A stretch of DNA of 64,000 nucleotides, taken from NCBI RefSeq assembly GCF_009914755.1, contig NC_060933.1; one strand, given 5' to 3'. Below are positions 26,300 to 43,833 of the stretch, piece by piece (positions within the stretch are counted from its first letter, which is position 1; every line of letters begins with the position of its first letter). The translations under genes and the position numbers were made by a program. Under the pieces are notes generated by a model, which did not search any database, was not told the origin of the DNA, and saw only the letters and a list, made by a program, of their open reading frames with translations. This DNA comes from the human T2T-CHM13v2.0 reference genome, Homo sapiens.

Positions 26300-29200
26300 A
26301 TCAATACATTTCTTTATTTCTTTCCAATCTATTATCTTTTATTTTTTTTGGTCTTAATGCACCTGCTATGACTGTCAATACAATGTTAAATAGAAGTGGT
26401 GAGAGTGGACATCCTTGCCTTATTCCTGATCTTAGGAGGATCTGTGTTATCCTATTAAGTATAATGTTAGCGATAGTTTTTTTGTAAGCGTTCTTTATTG
26501 AGAAAGTTCCCTCTATTTCTTGTTTGCTGAGAGTTTCTATCATAAATGGTGTTAGATTTTGTCAAATGCTTTTTCTGCATCTATTAATATGATCATGTGC
26601 TTTTTGTTAGACCGTTGATATGATGTATTACATTGACTGATTTTCAGATTTTGAACCATCTTTGCATACGTGGAATAAATTCCACTTGATTGTAATGCAT
26701 AATCCTTTTTATGCTTTGTTGAACTCAATTTGTTAATGCTTTATTAAGAAGTTTTATATCTACATTCATGAGAGATATTGGTCTGTAGTTTTCTTTTCTT
26801 ATAATATCTTTCTCTGGTTTAGGTATTAAGATAATGCTGGCCTCATTGTATAAGTTAGAAAGTGCCCTCTGTGCTTCTATTTTCTGGAAGAGATTGTATT
26901 ATTTTTTCTTTAAATGTTTGATAGAATTTACCATTGATTCCATCAAGGCCCAATGTTTTTTTTGGGGGTGGGGGGAGGGAAGGAAATAGTTATTATTATT
27001 CAATTTGCTTAATGGACATAAAATATTCAGTTTATCTATTTTTTTGTATAAGTTTTGGTAGTTTATGTCTTTCAAGGAATTGATCCATTTCATCTCAGTT
27101 ATTAAATCTGTGGCCACAGAATTGTTTGAAATATTCTTTATTATCCTTTTAATATCTATAGAATTAGTATAATGACATCTTATTTATAATATTGGTAATT
27201 TATGTCTTCTACATTTTTATCTTGGTTAACCTGTGTAATGGTTTATCGATCTTATTGATATTTTCAAAGAACCAGCTTTTGGTTTTGTTGATATCCTACA
27301 TAGTTTCTTATTTTCAATTTCATTGATTTCTTTTCTGATTTTTATTATTTCTTTTATTCAGTTTGCTCTAGGCTTAAATTGTTCTTCTTTCCGTAGTTTC
27401 ATAAGGTGGAAGCTTAGGTTATTGATTTTAGATATTTCTTCTTTGCCAACATGCACATTTCATGCTATAAACTTCCTTCTAACTTCTACTTTTGCTGCAT
27501 TCCACAACTGTTGATAGGTTGTAATTTTATTTATTTCATTATTTATTATTTTATTAAATAAGATATTTATTTATTAAATATTTTATCTTGAGACTTCTTT
27601 GACAAATGTAATATATAGAAGAATGTTGTTTAATTTCCAAATATCCAGGGATTATCCAGCTATCTTTATGTTATGGTTTACTAGTTTAGTTCCATTGCAG
27701 TCTAAGAATGGCCCGGCACATGACCTGTCTTGGTGAATGTTCCATGTGAGTTTGAAAAGAATGTGCATTCTGCTGCTGTTGGGCGAAGACTTTTATAAAG
27801 ATAAATTAGAGCTAGTTGATTGGTAGTGACACTCAGGTTGTCTATATCCTTTCTGATTTTCTGTCAGCTCCATCTATCAACTACCAACAGAGTGTTGAAG
27901 TCTGCAGCGATAATAGTGGATATGTCCATTTCTTCTTTTAATTCTATCAAGTTTTGCCTCATGCATTTTGATGCTCTATTGTTAGATACATATACATTTA
28001 AAATTGTTCTGTTGTTTTGGAGAATCGACTCCTTTATAATTATGTAATGTCCCTCTTTATCCCTGATAATTCTGTCTGCTTTGTTGAAAAATAGAACTGT
28101 TCCAGCTTTCTTTTGATTAGTGTTAATATGGTATATCATTCCCCATCCTTTACTTTTAACATATTTGCATCTTTATATTTTATGTGGGTTTCTTGTAGAC
28201 AACATATAGTTTTCTTTTTATTAACCCTCACCAAAAATTTCTGTCTTTTTATTGGTGTACTTAGACCATGCATGTTTAAAGTCATTATTGGTATAGTTGG
28301 TTAATACCTACCATATTTATTTTATATTTGCTGTATTTTTTTCTTTGTTTCTCACCTCCCTCACATGTTTCTGCCCTCTCAGGTTTTAACTGAGCATTTT
28401 ATATTATTCCATTTTCTCTCCTATCTTGGCATATCAAATATACCTCTGAAAAAAATTTTTTTAGTGGTTGTCCTAGAGTTAACACAATATATTTTAAACT
28501 AACTTAACTCTACCTTCAAATAACACTATACTACTTCATGGGTAGCGCAGGTGCCTTATAATGGAGTATTCCTATTTGCTTCCTCCCTTCCCTTGTGACA
28601 TTGCTGTCATTCATTTCATTTATACATATGCCATAATAGCCCCATACAATGTTATTATTGTTACTTTAAACAGTTATCTTTTGTATCAATTAAGAATAAT
28701 AAATATAAAATGTTTTATTTTGCCTTCATTCATTCCCTCTCTGATGCAGCTCCACTCTTTATGCAGACCCAAGATTTTGACCTATGTTATTTCCTTCTGC
28801 CTGAAGAGCTTATAAAATTTTTGGCAGGGCCAATTTGCTGGTGATAAATTTTCTGTTTGTGTTTGTCTTAGGGAGTCTTTATCTCTGTTTCAACTTTGAA
28901 GGGTAATTTTTCTGCATATAAAAGTCTAGGTTGGTGTGAACTTTTTTTCTTTTGACACTTTGAGTAATTTACTACTCCAATTCTGGCTTGCATGGATTCT
29001 GATGAGAAGATTCTTCTCTTCCAAAAACTAATCTCTATCTTTGCTCTCTTAGCGTTAAGCTGTATTTTTCCTCTGTCTTCTTTAATGATTTTCTTTTTGT
29101 TTTGGTTTTCTTAGTTGCAATAGGCTATTCCTAGATATATTGGTATTTATTGGTATTACTCCTATTTGTCTTTGGTTTTCTAAGTTGCAATAGGATGTTA

Positions 29201-30229
29201 CTAAATGTTATTCTATTGGTATTTATCATGTTTGGTGTTCTCTGAGCTCTGCATCTATAGTTTGGTGTCTGTCATTACTTTTGGAAAGTTCTTAACCATT
29301 ATTACTTCAAATATTTCTTCTTCTCTGTACCTTTTCTTCTCTTTTGATATTTCAAATACGTATACACTGCCCATTTTGATATTGTCCCAAAGTTCTTGGA
29401 GATTCAGTTCTGTTTTTTAAAAAAAATATTTCTTCTCTTCACATTTCAGTTTGTGAAGTTTTAACTGACCTGTGTTAAACCTCAATGATTCTGTCTTTGT
29501 TGTATTGTGTATACTGGTGAGCCCTTCAAAGGGATTCTTCATTTCTGCCACAGTGTTTTTTACTTCTAGAAATTTATTTAGATTCTTTATTCCAGTTTCA
29601 TCTCCCTGCTTGTATTATCCATGTTTTTTTTTGCATCTTGTCTACCTTTACTCTATTTTTCCCATTAGAGCTCTTAACATATTAATCATAGTCTTTTAAA
29701 TTCTTTGCCTGACAATTTCACCATTTGTGTCATAGCTGAGTCAGATTCCAGCGTTTGCTTTGTCTCCTTGTAGTGTGTGCATTTTTTTTTCCTTTTAGCA
29801 TGCCTTTAAATTTTTTGTGGAATGCTTGACGTGCTATATTGGTTAATAGGAACTGAGGTAAATAGGCCATTTATGTTAGGATTTATGTGAGAATTTATGT
29901 TAATCTGTTCAGGAGTTGGGCTGTTTAATGTTTGCTGTGCTATAGGTGCCAGAGGATTAAAATTCTTCTAATGTCCTTGTTTTCTAATCTTTCCTCTTCA
30001 CTTTAACCTTTCATAAGTACTTTTCTTTAGAGAGAGTCTGAGTCTTGTGGTTCTTTTAGCTGGAACCCACTGTTATTATACTACAGCCCTGTAGGCATGG
30101 TAGTAAAGGGTGTGGTGTGTGTGTGTGTGTATGTGTGGGGTGTGTGTGATGTACAGTAGATCTGTGTGTGTGTGTAAGCATTCTAAAGTCACATGTTTAG
30201 ATCTCAGTCTTTTAGTTAGCCTGTGTCTT
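26300..30229 (-). mobile_element. Old L1M (MD-like): ORF2 RT/EN region, ORF1 region and part of the 5' region
   Basis: [17 protein letters not shown] (26301-26543); endonuclease remnant 27864-28139; (TG)n at about 30110-30175. Confidence 0.8.
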
Positions 30230-30941
30230 TGTGTTGGCTGGTGTGATTGATCCTGATTACCAAAGGGAAATTGAACCACTAATCCACAATAGAGGTAAGG
30301 AAGAGTGTGTTTGGAATACAGGAGATATGTTAGGACATCTCTTAATATTACCATGCCCTGCAATTAAAGTCAATGGACTTTACAATGACAACAACCCAAC
30401 TCCAGCCAGAGTACTAACAACACAGACCCTTCTGAATGAAGGTTAGAGTCACTCTACCAGGTGAAAAACCATGACCAGCTGAGATGCTTCCTGAGAACAC
30501 AAGAAATACAGAATGGTAGTGGATGAAAGTAGTTATAAAAAGCAGCTAAGACTGTATGACCTGTTATGTAAAAAGAGAACTGCAATTGTTATGAGCATGA
30601 GTTTGTTTTGTTATGGATATGTATGTTTGTATAATGTCTTTGTTTTCTTCCCTCTCTTATCCCCTTATCATATAACATGTAAAGTATTGGCTCTGTATCA
30701 TAGTATTTAAGCATTGTTAATTTTATTTCATAATACTTAAGTTGTAAGACATCAAGGAAAAGAGTAAACATCACCCAAGAACGTTGCATCCTTTTTGAGG
30801 AAAGGGTTAATGCACTTTTGGCCATACGCAGGATAGTTCTATCACATTAGGCAGAAGTATGACATTGTTATTGTATTTATTCTGAGAATAAACATGGTTT
30901 AAAGAGGTATATACGGGTGTCAAGTTGACAAAGAGTGGACT
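30230..30941 (+). mobile_element. ERVL internal 3' tail (dUTPase remnant to polypurine tract)
   Basis: Translation LAGVIDPDYQREI...VWNTGD..GHLLILPCPAIKVNG; CAAGTTGACAAAGAGTGGACT directly before the LTR. Confidence 0.85.
30231..30446 (+). pseudogene. ERVL dUTPase C-terminal fragment
   Basis: GVIDPDY matches dUTPase motif III (GxIDxDYxGE); N-terminal motifs are missing. Confidence 0.8.
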
Positions 30942-31493
30942 TGTGATGGTTAATGTTATGCGTCAACTTGGGCAGGCCATGATACTCGGATATTTAGTCA
31001 AATACTCTCCTAGATATTTCTCTGAAGGCATTTTTTAGGCGAGATTCATACTTAAATTAGCAGACTTTGAGTACAGTAGAATACCTTCCACAAGTCAGTT
31101 GAAGACTTTAAAAGAAAAAAGAATGATTCCCCCAATGAAGAGGGAATTCTGCAAAGCAGACTGCATTGAGAGTCAAGCTACCTTCAACAACAACTGTTAC
31201 CTTAGTCTCCAGCCTGCCAATTCTGCAGATTCTGGACTTGCCAGCACCCCAAATTGCATGATCCAAGTTCTTAAACTAAATATCTCTCTCTGTCTTTATA
31301 CACATATTATATATTATATTATATCATATTATATGTATATACAACTTAAATGTGTGTGTGTAAATGCATATGTGTGTGTATATATAGCATATGTGTGTAT
31401 GTATACATGTGTATATGATGTATGTGTGCATGTGTGTATATATACACAAACATACATCTTTTCAGTTTTGTTTCTCTGGAATACTCTAATAGA
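30942..31493 (+). mobile_element. MLT2 (MLT2D-like) 3' LTR with internal TA/TG microsatellite
   Basis: TGTGATGGTTAATGTTATGCGTCAACTTG start; TTTCTCTGGAATACTCTAATA end. Confidence 0.85.
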
Positions 31494-31891
31494 GCATTTC
31501 TTTTAGAGGGGTGCTAATATAAATGATATCACATTTTTGATGTCAAAATCTAATTGTTCATTGTTGGTATATAAGAAAGCAATTGACTTTTGTATATTAA
31601 CCATGTATACTGCAGCCTTGCTATAATCACTTATTAGTTACAACAGGGTTTTGTGTTGATTCTCTGGGATTTTTTTTAATTATTACTATTATACTTTGAG
31701 TTCTAGGGTACATGTACATAACGTGCAGGTTTATTACATACGTATACATGTGCCATGTTGGTGTGCTGCACCCATTAACTCGTCATCTACATTAGGTATT
31801 TCTCTTAATGCTATCCCTCCCCCCAACCCCCACCCCACAACAGGCCCTGGTATGTGATGTTCCCCGCCTTGCGCCCAAGTGTTCTCATTGT

Positions 31892-35880
<3,989 letters not shown>

Positions 35881-35945
35881 ATTACAATGTTAGCTTGTTA
35901 TTTTGCGCATTAGTTGATGCAGTTTCTTCCTAGCATCAATGGTCT

Positions 35946-36970
35946 TTACAATTTGGCATGTTTTTGCAGTGGCTGGTACCAGTTGTTCCTTTCCATGTTT
36001 AGTGCTTCCTTCAGGAGCTCTTGTAAGACAGGCCTGGTGGTGACAAAATCTCTCAGCATTTGCTTGTCTGTAACAGATTTTATTTCTCCTTCACTTATGA
36101 AGCTTAGTTTGGCTGGATATGAAATTCTGGGTTGAAAATTCTTTTCTTTAAGAATGTTGAATATTGGCCCCCACTCTCTTCTGACTTGGAGGGTTTCTGC
36201 CGAGAGATCAGCTGTTAGTCTGATGGGCTTCCCTTTGTGGGTAACCCAACCTTTCTCTCTGGCTGCCCTTAACATTTTTTCCTTCATTTCAACCTTGGTG
36301 AATCTGACGATTATGTGTCTTGGGGTTGCTCTTCTCAAGGAGTATCTTTGTGGTGTTCTCTGTATTTCTTGAATTTGAATGTTGGCCTGCCTAGCTAGGT
36401 TGGGGAAGTTCTCCTGGATAATATCCTGCAGAGTGTTTTCCAACTTGGTTCCATTCTCCCCATCACTTTCAGGTACACCAATCAGATGTAGATTTGGTCT
36501 TTTCACATAGTCCCATATTTCTTGGAGGCTTTGTTAATTTCTTTTTACTCTTTTTTCTCTAAACTTCTCTTCTCGCTTCATTTCATTCATTTGATCTGCT
36601 ATCACTGCTACCCTTTCTTCCACTTGATTGAATCAGCTACTGAAGCTTGTGCATGTGTCACGTAGTTCTCATGCCATGGTTTTCAGCTCCATCAGGTCAT
36701 TTAAGGTCTTCTCTATGCTGTTTATTCTAGTTAGCCATTAGTCTAATCTTTTTTCAAGGTTTCTAGCTTCCTTGTGATGGGTTCAAACATCCTCCTTTAG
36801 CTCAGAGAAGTTTATTACTGACCTTCTGAAGCCTACTTTTGTCAGCTCATCAAAGTCATTCTCCGTCCAGCTTTGTTCCATTGCTGATGAGGAGCTATGA
36901 TCCTTTGGAGGAGAAGAGGTGCTCTGGTTTTTAGAATTTTCAGCTTTTCTGCTCTGGTTTCTCCCCAGCT
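35946..36970 (-). pseudogene. L1 ORF1p with a nonsense codon
   Basis: C-terminal 186 aa open (KRPNL...REKG...WYQPLQKHAKL); TAA replaces the Glu codon at 36534-36536. Confidence 0.9.
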
Positions 36971-37968
36971 TTGTGGTTTTATCTACCTTTGGTCTTTGAT
37001 GATGGTGACGTACAGATGGGATTTTGGTGTGAATGTCCTTTATGTTGATGTTGATGCTATTCCTTTCTATTTGCTAGTTTTCTTTCTAACAGTCAGGACC
37101 CTCAGCTGCAGGTCTGTTGGAGTTCGCTGGAGGTCCACTCCAGACCCTGTTTGCCTGTGTATCACCAGCAGAGGCTGCAGAACAGTAAATATTGCCACCT
37201 GATCCTTCCCATGGAAGCTGCATCTCAGAGAGTCACCCAGCTATATGAGGTGTCAGTCAGCCCCTACTGGCAGGCGTCTCCCAGTTAGGCTACACGGGGG
37301 TCAGGCTACTTGAGGAGGCAGTCTGTCTGTTCTCAGAGCTCAAACTCTGTGCTGGGAGAACACTGATCTCTTCAGAGATGTCAGACACAGCCATTTAAGT
37401 CTGCAGAAGTTTCTGCTGCCTTTTGTTCAGCTATGCCCTGCCCCCAGAGGTGAAGTCTACAAAGGCAGGCAGTCCTCGTTGAGCTGTGGTGGGCTCCACC
37501 CACTTTGAGCTTCCTAGTGCCTTTGTTTACCTACTCAAGCCTCAGCAATGGCAGACGCCCCTCCCCCAGCCTAGGCTGCCACCTGGCAGTTCAATCTCAG
37601 ACTGCCGCACTAGCAGTGAGCAAGGCTCCGTGGGCGTGGGACCCGCCGAGCCAGGCATGGGATGTAATCTCCTGTTGTGCCATTTGCTAAGACAGTTGGA
37701 AAAGCACACTATTAGGGCGGGAGTGTCCCAGTTTTCCAGGTACTGTCTGTCACAGCTTCCCTTGGCTAGGAAAGGGAATTCCCCCTGACTCCTTGTGCTT
37801 CCTGGGTAAGGCAACGCCCTGCCCTGTGTTGGCTCACCCTCCGTGGGCTGCACCTACTGTCCAACCAGTCCCAGTGAGATGAACCAGGTACCTCAGTTAG
37901 AAATGTAGAAATCACCTGTCTTCTGCATCGATTACGCTGGGAGCTGCAGACCAGAGCTGTTCCTATTT

Positions 37969-37977
37969 GGCCATCTT
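37969..37977 (-). promoter_or_regulatory. YY1 site of the L1 5'UTR internal promoter
   Basis: AAGATGGCC on the minus strand at the L1 5' end. Confidence 0.8.
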
Positions 37978-38545
37978 GGAACAATCTCCAATTCTCTGAG
38001 ATTTTCTAAATAGACAATCATGTCATCTGTGAACAAAGACAGTCTATTTCTTCCCTTCCAATCTGTACTTTTATTTCCTTTTCTTATCTTATTGCATTAG
38101 TGAGTACTTCCAGAACAATGTTGAATAGGAGTGGTGAGAGGGATAGCTTTGCCTTGTTTCTGACCTTAGAGGGAAAGCATCCAGTTTCTCACCCTTATGT
38201 ATCATGTTAGTTGTAGGGTTTTTGTTTTTTTTTTTTAATCAAGTTGACAAAGGTCCCCTTTGTCCCTAGTTTGCTAGGAGTTTTCATCATGAATGGGTGT
38301 TGGATTTTGTCAATTGCTCTTTTTGTACCTATTAATATGATCTTATGGTTTTTCTTCTTTAATGTGTTGATATGAGGGATTATGTTACTTGATTTTTGAA
38401 TATTGACCTGTCTTGCACACCTGTAATGAATTCCAGTTGTTCATAGTATGTAATTCTTTTTATATATTATTTGATTTGATTTTCTAATATTTTATTGAAG
38501 GCTTTTTCATCTAGGCTAACGAGAGATATTGGTGTATAATTTAGG

Positions 38546-38780
38546 TTTTTCTACCCTGGCACTAGTTCCCATGAAGGCTGCTGCTCCTTGGCTTCTGTTC
38601 CAGTATGTGGTGATTCTCTATATGCACCTTTCTGTCTCTTCCTATTTTGGGGCAATGGTTTGGCCTGTAAACTCAATTCTATGATCTAATAAGAGTTGTT
38701 TATTTTCCATTTATGTCTTTCTCTTGTGAGGGCAGGAGTGATGGCTTCTTAGTGCCTTATGTGCTGGGCTAGACTGGAAA
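38546..38780 (-). mobile_element. L1MD-like 5' end fragment
   Basis: CCCTGGCACTAGTTCCCATG...TTTTGGGGCAATGGTTTGGCCTGT...AAGAGTTGTT. Confidence 0.6.
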
Positions 38781-38904
38781 TGGTTTTTTATTCTACCTAA
38801 ATTGTGGATTTTCATCCTGGGAATCCTAACACTCTGAAGGGGTTAGGTGAGGTGGAAGAAAGATGAGATAAACGACTTGAGCTTTGCTAGCCAAAAGGTC
38901 TCTT

Positions 38905-39032
38905 TCCTGAGTACTTTAATCTGTCCTTGTCATTCAAAAGCAGCCATGGGCAATAGGGAAACAAACCAGTGTGGCTGTTTCCCAATACAACTTCATTTAC
39001 AAAATGGGCAGTGGGCCAGATTAGTCAGCCCC
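38905..39032 (+). mobile_element. MER58A fragment (hAT-Charlie)
   Basis: AAAGCAGCCAT...GTGGCTGTTTCCCAATACAACTTCATTTACAAAA...GGGCCAGATT. Confidence 0.75.
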
Positions 39033-39061
39033 TCATGTAGACAAAGTCCTGCCTATATATT

Positions 39062-39232
39062 AAATGGCAGAACAAAAAAGTAAGAAAGAACCTGGATGGC
39101 CTTGTGGAGCCACTGTACCATCCCTGCAAGTTTGTGTGGACTTCTTGCCCTGTGAGACCTACTAGCCCTAAGCTAAAGCTGCTGTTAGTCAGGGGTTCTG
39201 TGACTGATAGTTGAATGCATTCTCAATTGGCA
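39062..39232 (+). mobile_element. MLT1J-like LTR 3' fragment
   Basis: AATGGCAGAACA...AAAGAACCTGG...GTGGAGCCACTGTACCA...TTCTGTGACT...GAATGCATTC. Confidence 0.6.
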
Positions 39233-40298
39233 TGACAAACCCATATCTCATTTTCTTGAGCATTCATTGTTATCATTTCTCAAGGCTTTCTTTTCTACCC
39301 ACTCATTACTTTGTTCCAACCATTTCATGTACTCATAACTCCACTTATAATCTATCCATAGATTGATCACAAAATTATCCATTCCAGTACAGACCTTGAC
39401 CCTGACTTCTAGACCTATAATATACTTATGTATAGATATGTGCAGCATATGTTTTATGTATGTATTCAAAACTTCCAACTACATGGATAGATGTAAACAT
39501 AAATATATATGTATGGGTATTCATATAGAAACATTTTAAATTCCTCTAAATACATCTTGGGCTAACATGACAGTCAATTTTAGCTGAAGGTACAGAATTC
39601 TAACAAAAGTACCTAATATTATAACCTACAAGATGTGGCCAAAATGTCACTCAGAGGAAAAATTCTAACCTTAAGTGAAATTATTGGAACACAAAGAAAG
39701 ACTACAAAATAAAAATAGCAAGAAGATGCTAAAAAAAGATTAATACAAAAAATCAGAAATTAATAAAATATTGCAAAATGAATATATTTGAAACCAACAG
39801 ACCAGATATGCCAGGGCATGGTGGGTTAAGAAACAGTGAGAGAATTCACAAATGAACAATGTTGGAAATGAGAAAGGCCATATACTCAAGATACGAGGAA
39901 GTTTTAAAAATTATTAAGGACTACTTATAACCATAAATACGATAATATAGATTAAATGAATTTTCCAGTAAAATATATGTGAATGACATTTACTTGATAA
40001 TAGCTTGCAAATGCAAAAATACTAACTGGAGCAAAATCAAAGGTAGTGAATGATAGTTAACTGATTGTAAGCTCTTTGAAAGAAGCTGCCTTGTTCACTG
40101 TGGGGTCCCTGACACCAGACCTATGCCTGGTGCTCAGTGGTTATTGGCTAAGTGAATGAATGAATGAATGACTGCTCCATAAGGAAAGAGGCTAGGAGAC
40201 TTGCACAAGTAAATTCTACTAACCTTTAAAGCACAGTTAATTTCCATGTTTGAGCATGGAAGATAATGTAAGGCTTTCTACCTCATTCTACAAGACTA

Positions 40299-40805
<507 letters not shown>

Positions 40806-41135
40806 TTAAAGAAGAAAAACAAAAAATCTCTGTGATGGTAGCTGAAAAGGCATTCAATACAATTCAACATTTCTTACTGAATATCACATTTTGTAAATTA
40901 GGATAAAAGAAACTTTTTACTGTGATAAAGGAAATCTATTGCACGTAAAGCAGCTAATGGTGAACACTAAACATTCCTATCAAAATCAGGAACAAACAAG
41001 AATTCCACTACTGCTGCCGAAGTTTGCCTTTTTCTGGAGGTTCTAGACGCTAACAGAATAATAAAAATATATTAGAGGTGTAAATATTAGAAAGGGAAGA
41101 GCAAAACTCTAATTCCTGTTAAATGATCTGACTTT

Positions 41136-41677
41136 TCTGTTTGTTTTCTGTTGCTGCATAACACATTACCAGAAACTTAGTGCCTTAAGACAATTCCCAT
41201 TTGTTTTCTCACAGTTCTGTTGTCCAGAGTCTGGCCGGGCTGCACTGGGTTCCCTGATTGTGGCCTCGAGAGCCTGAAATCAAGGTGCTGGCTGGGCTGA
41301 ATTCCTGTCTGGAGAGTCAGGGAAAACCCACTTCTAAGCTCTTGGGTGTTGTGGTCACAGTTCAGTTCCTGGGGTTGCCCAGCTGAGCTCCCTGTTTCCT
41401 TGACACATGTCACTCTCCATCTCAGCGACAGGGAGTCCCTCACATAGAACCCCCTCGTGCTTCACATCTCTGAATTCCTCTTCTCTCTGCAGCTGCAGAA
41501 AATGCTCTGCTTTTAAAGGGCTCATGTGATGAGGTTAGGTCAGCCCAGATAATCTCTCTGTCTTAAGGTCAACTGATTGGCGACCTTAATTATCTCTGCA
41601 AAATCCCTTCTGCAGTGTAACCTAGAGGGAGGCCAGGGACAGGTCATAAGCCCCATCTTAGAATTCCACTCACCACA
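41136..41677 (-). mobile_element. MLT1E-like MaLR LTR
   Basis: CTGCTTTTAAAGGGCTCATGTGAT...ATCTTAGAATTC...ACCACA; 5-bp TSD ACTTT/ACTTC. Confidence 0.82.
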
Positions 41678-41980
41678 ACTTCTAAGAAAATCCCAAAGAA
41701 GCAACTGATAGCATGATAACCAGATACAAGATCAAAATGGAAAAATCAATCGCTTTCCAATAATTCACTATAAAAAGTACTGGGGAAAAAATTTCAAGCA
41801 CGTAAAGAAACAGAAACTAAAAACAGCCAGAGATAAAACTAATAAAAATGTGCAAGACCTAGACAAAGAAAATTATAAATGCTTATGAATGAACACAACA
41901 AAGAGACCCCAAAAGTGGGGAGATTGAGCACATTCCTAGGTCTCCTTTTTATTTTCTTTATTCTTTTTCTTTTTTTTTAA

Positions 41981-42913
41981 TTACACTCTGAGTTCTGGGA
42001 CACATGTGCTGAATGTAAAGGATTTTATTTCTGCTTTGCTTATGAAGCTTGGTTTGGCTGGATATGAAATTCTGGGTTGAAAATTCTTTTCTTTAAGAAT
42101 GTTGAATATTGGCCCCCACTCTCTTCTGGCTTGTAGGGTTTCTGCAGAGAGATTTGCTGTTAGTCTGATGGGCTTCCCTTTGTGGGTAACACAACCTTTC
42201 TCTCTGGCTGCCCTTAACATTTTTTCCTTCATTTCAACCTTGGTGAATCTGATGATTATGTGTCTTGGGGTTGCTCTTCTCGAGGAGTATCTTTGTGGTG
42301 TTCTCTGTATTTCCTGAATCTGAATGTTGGCCTATCTTGCTAGGTTGGGGAAGTTCTCCTGGATAATATCCTGAAGAGTGTTTTCCAGCTTGGTTCCATT
42401 CTCCCCGTCACTTTTAGGTACACCAATCAGACACAGGTTTGGCCTTTTCACATAGTCCCATATTTCTTGGAGGCTTTGTTCATTCCTTTTCACTCTTTTT
42501 TCTCTAATCTTGTCTTCTCGCTTTATTTCATTAAGTTGATCTTTAATCTCTGATATCCTTTCTTCTGCTTGATTGATTTGGCTATTGGTACTTGTGTATG
42601 CTTCATGAAGTTCTCGTGCTATGTTTATCAGGTCATTTATGTTCTTCTCTAAGCCGGTTATTCTAGTTAGCAGTTCCTCTAACCTTTTTTCAAGGTTCTT
42701 AGCTTCCTTGCATTGGGTTAGAACATGCTCCTTTAGCTCGGAGGAGTTTGTTATTACCCACCTTCTGAAGCCTACTTCTGTCAATTCGTCAAAGTCACTT
42801 TCCGTCCAGTTTTGTTCCCTTGCTGGCGAGGAGTTGTGATCCTTTGGAGGAGAAAAGATGTTCTGTTTTTTGGAATTTTCAGCCTTTTTGCACTGTTTTT
42901 TCCTGATCTTCAT
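41981..42913 (-). pseudogene. L1 ORF1p, 310 codons with one internal TAG and a novel C-terminus
   Basis: ORFs 42332-42913 and 41981-42232 are in the same frame, separated only by TAG (42332-42334) and an open stretch ANIQIQEIQRTPQRY...; ends KSFT|FSTCVPELRV*. Confidence 0.88.
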
Positions 42914-43614
42914 GGATTTACCTACCTTTGGTCTTTGATGTTGGTGACCTTCGGATGGGGTTTCTGTTTGGACATCCTTTTTGTTGATGTTGATGCTATT
43001 CCTTTCTGTTTGTTAGTTTTCCTTCTAACAATCAGGAGCCTCTGCTGCAGGTCTGCTGGAGTTTGCTGGAGGTCCACTCCAGACCCTGTTTGCCTGGGTA
43101 TCAGCAGCAGAGGCTGCAGAACACAAAGATTGCTGCATGTTCCTTCCTCTGGAAGCTTTGTCCCAGAGGGGCATCTGCCAGATGCCAGCCGGAGCTCTCC
43201 TGTATGAGGTGTCCGTCAACCCCTGCTGGGACGTGTCTCCCAGTTAGGAGGCACAGGGGTCAGGGGCCCACTTGAGGAGGCAGTCTGTCCCTTAGCAGAG
43301 CTTGAGCACTGTGCTGGGGGATCCACCACTCTCTTCAGAGCCAGCAGGCAAGAACGTTTAAGTCTGCTGAAGCTGTGCCCACAGCCACCCTTTCCCCCAG
43401 GTGCTCTGTCCCAGGGAGATGGGAGTTTTATCTGTAAGCCCCTGATTGGGGCTGCTGCCTTTCTTTCAGAGATGCCCTGCCCAGAGAGGAGGAATCTAGA
43501 GAGGCAGTCTTGCTACAGAGGCTTTGCCGAGCTGCGGTGGGCTCCAACCAGTCCGAACTTCTTGGTGACTTTGTTTACACTGTGAGGAGAAAACCGCCTA
43601 CTCAAGCCTCAGTA

Positions 43615-43833
43615 ATGGCAGATGCCCCTCCCGCCACCAAGCTCGAGCATCCCAGATCAACTTCAGACTGCTGTCCTGGTAGCGAGAATTTCAAGCCAGT
43701 GGATCTTAGCTTGCTGGGCTCTGTGGGGGTGGGATCCACTGAGCAAGACCCCTTGGCTCCCTGGCTTCAGCCCCCTTTCCAGGGGAGTGAACAGTTCTGT
43801 CTTGCTGGCGTTCCAGGCACCACTGAGGTATGA
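43615..43833 (+). CDS. Putative L1 antisense ORF0 homolog, 72 aa
   Basis: MADAPP...SDCC...SVGVG resembles L1 ORF0 (MAGAPPP...SDCC...SVGVG); Kozak GTAATGG; no expression evidence. Confidence 0.45.
   Translation: MADAPPATKLEHPRSTSDCCPGSENFKPVDLSLLGSVGVGSTEQDPLAPWLQPPFQGSEQFCLAGVPGTTEV

Noticed and set aside
30231-30446. Domesticated dUTPase gene
   Set aside because: Only the C-terminal part remains, with no ATG, a Gly-to-Arg change in motif III and divergence after KVNG.
42000-42030. Spliced L1 retrocopy as the explanation of the ORF2 loss
   Set aside because: By recalled consensus the removed segment does not begin with GT or end with AG; the junction shows microhomology instead.
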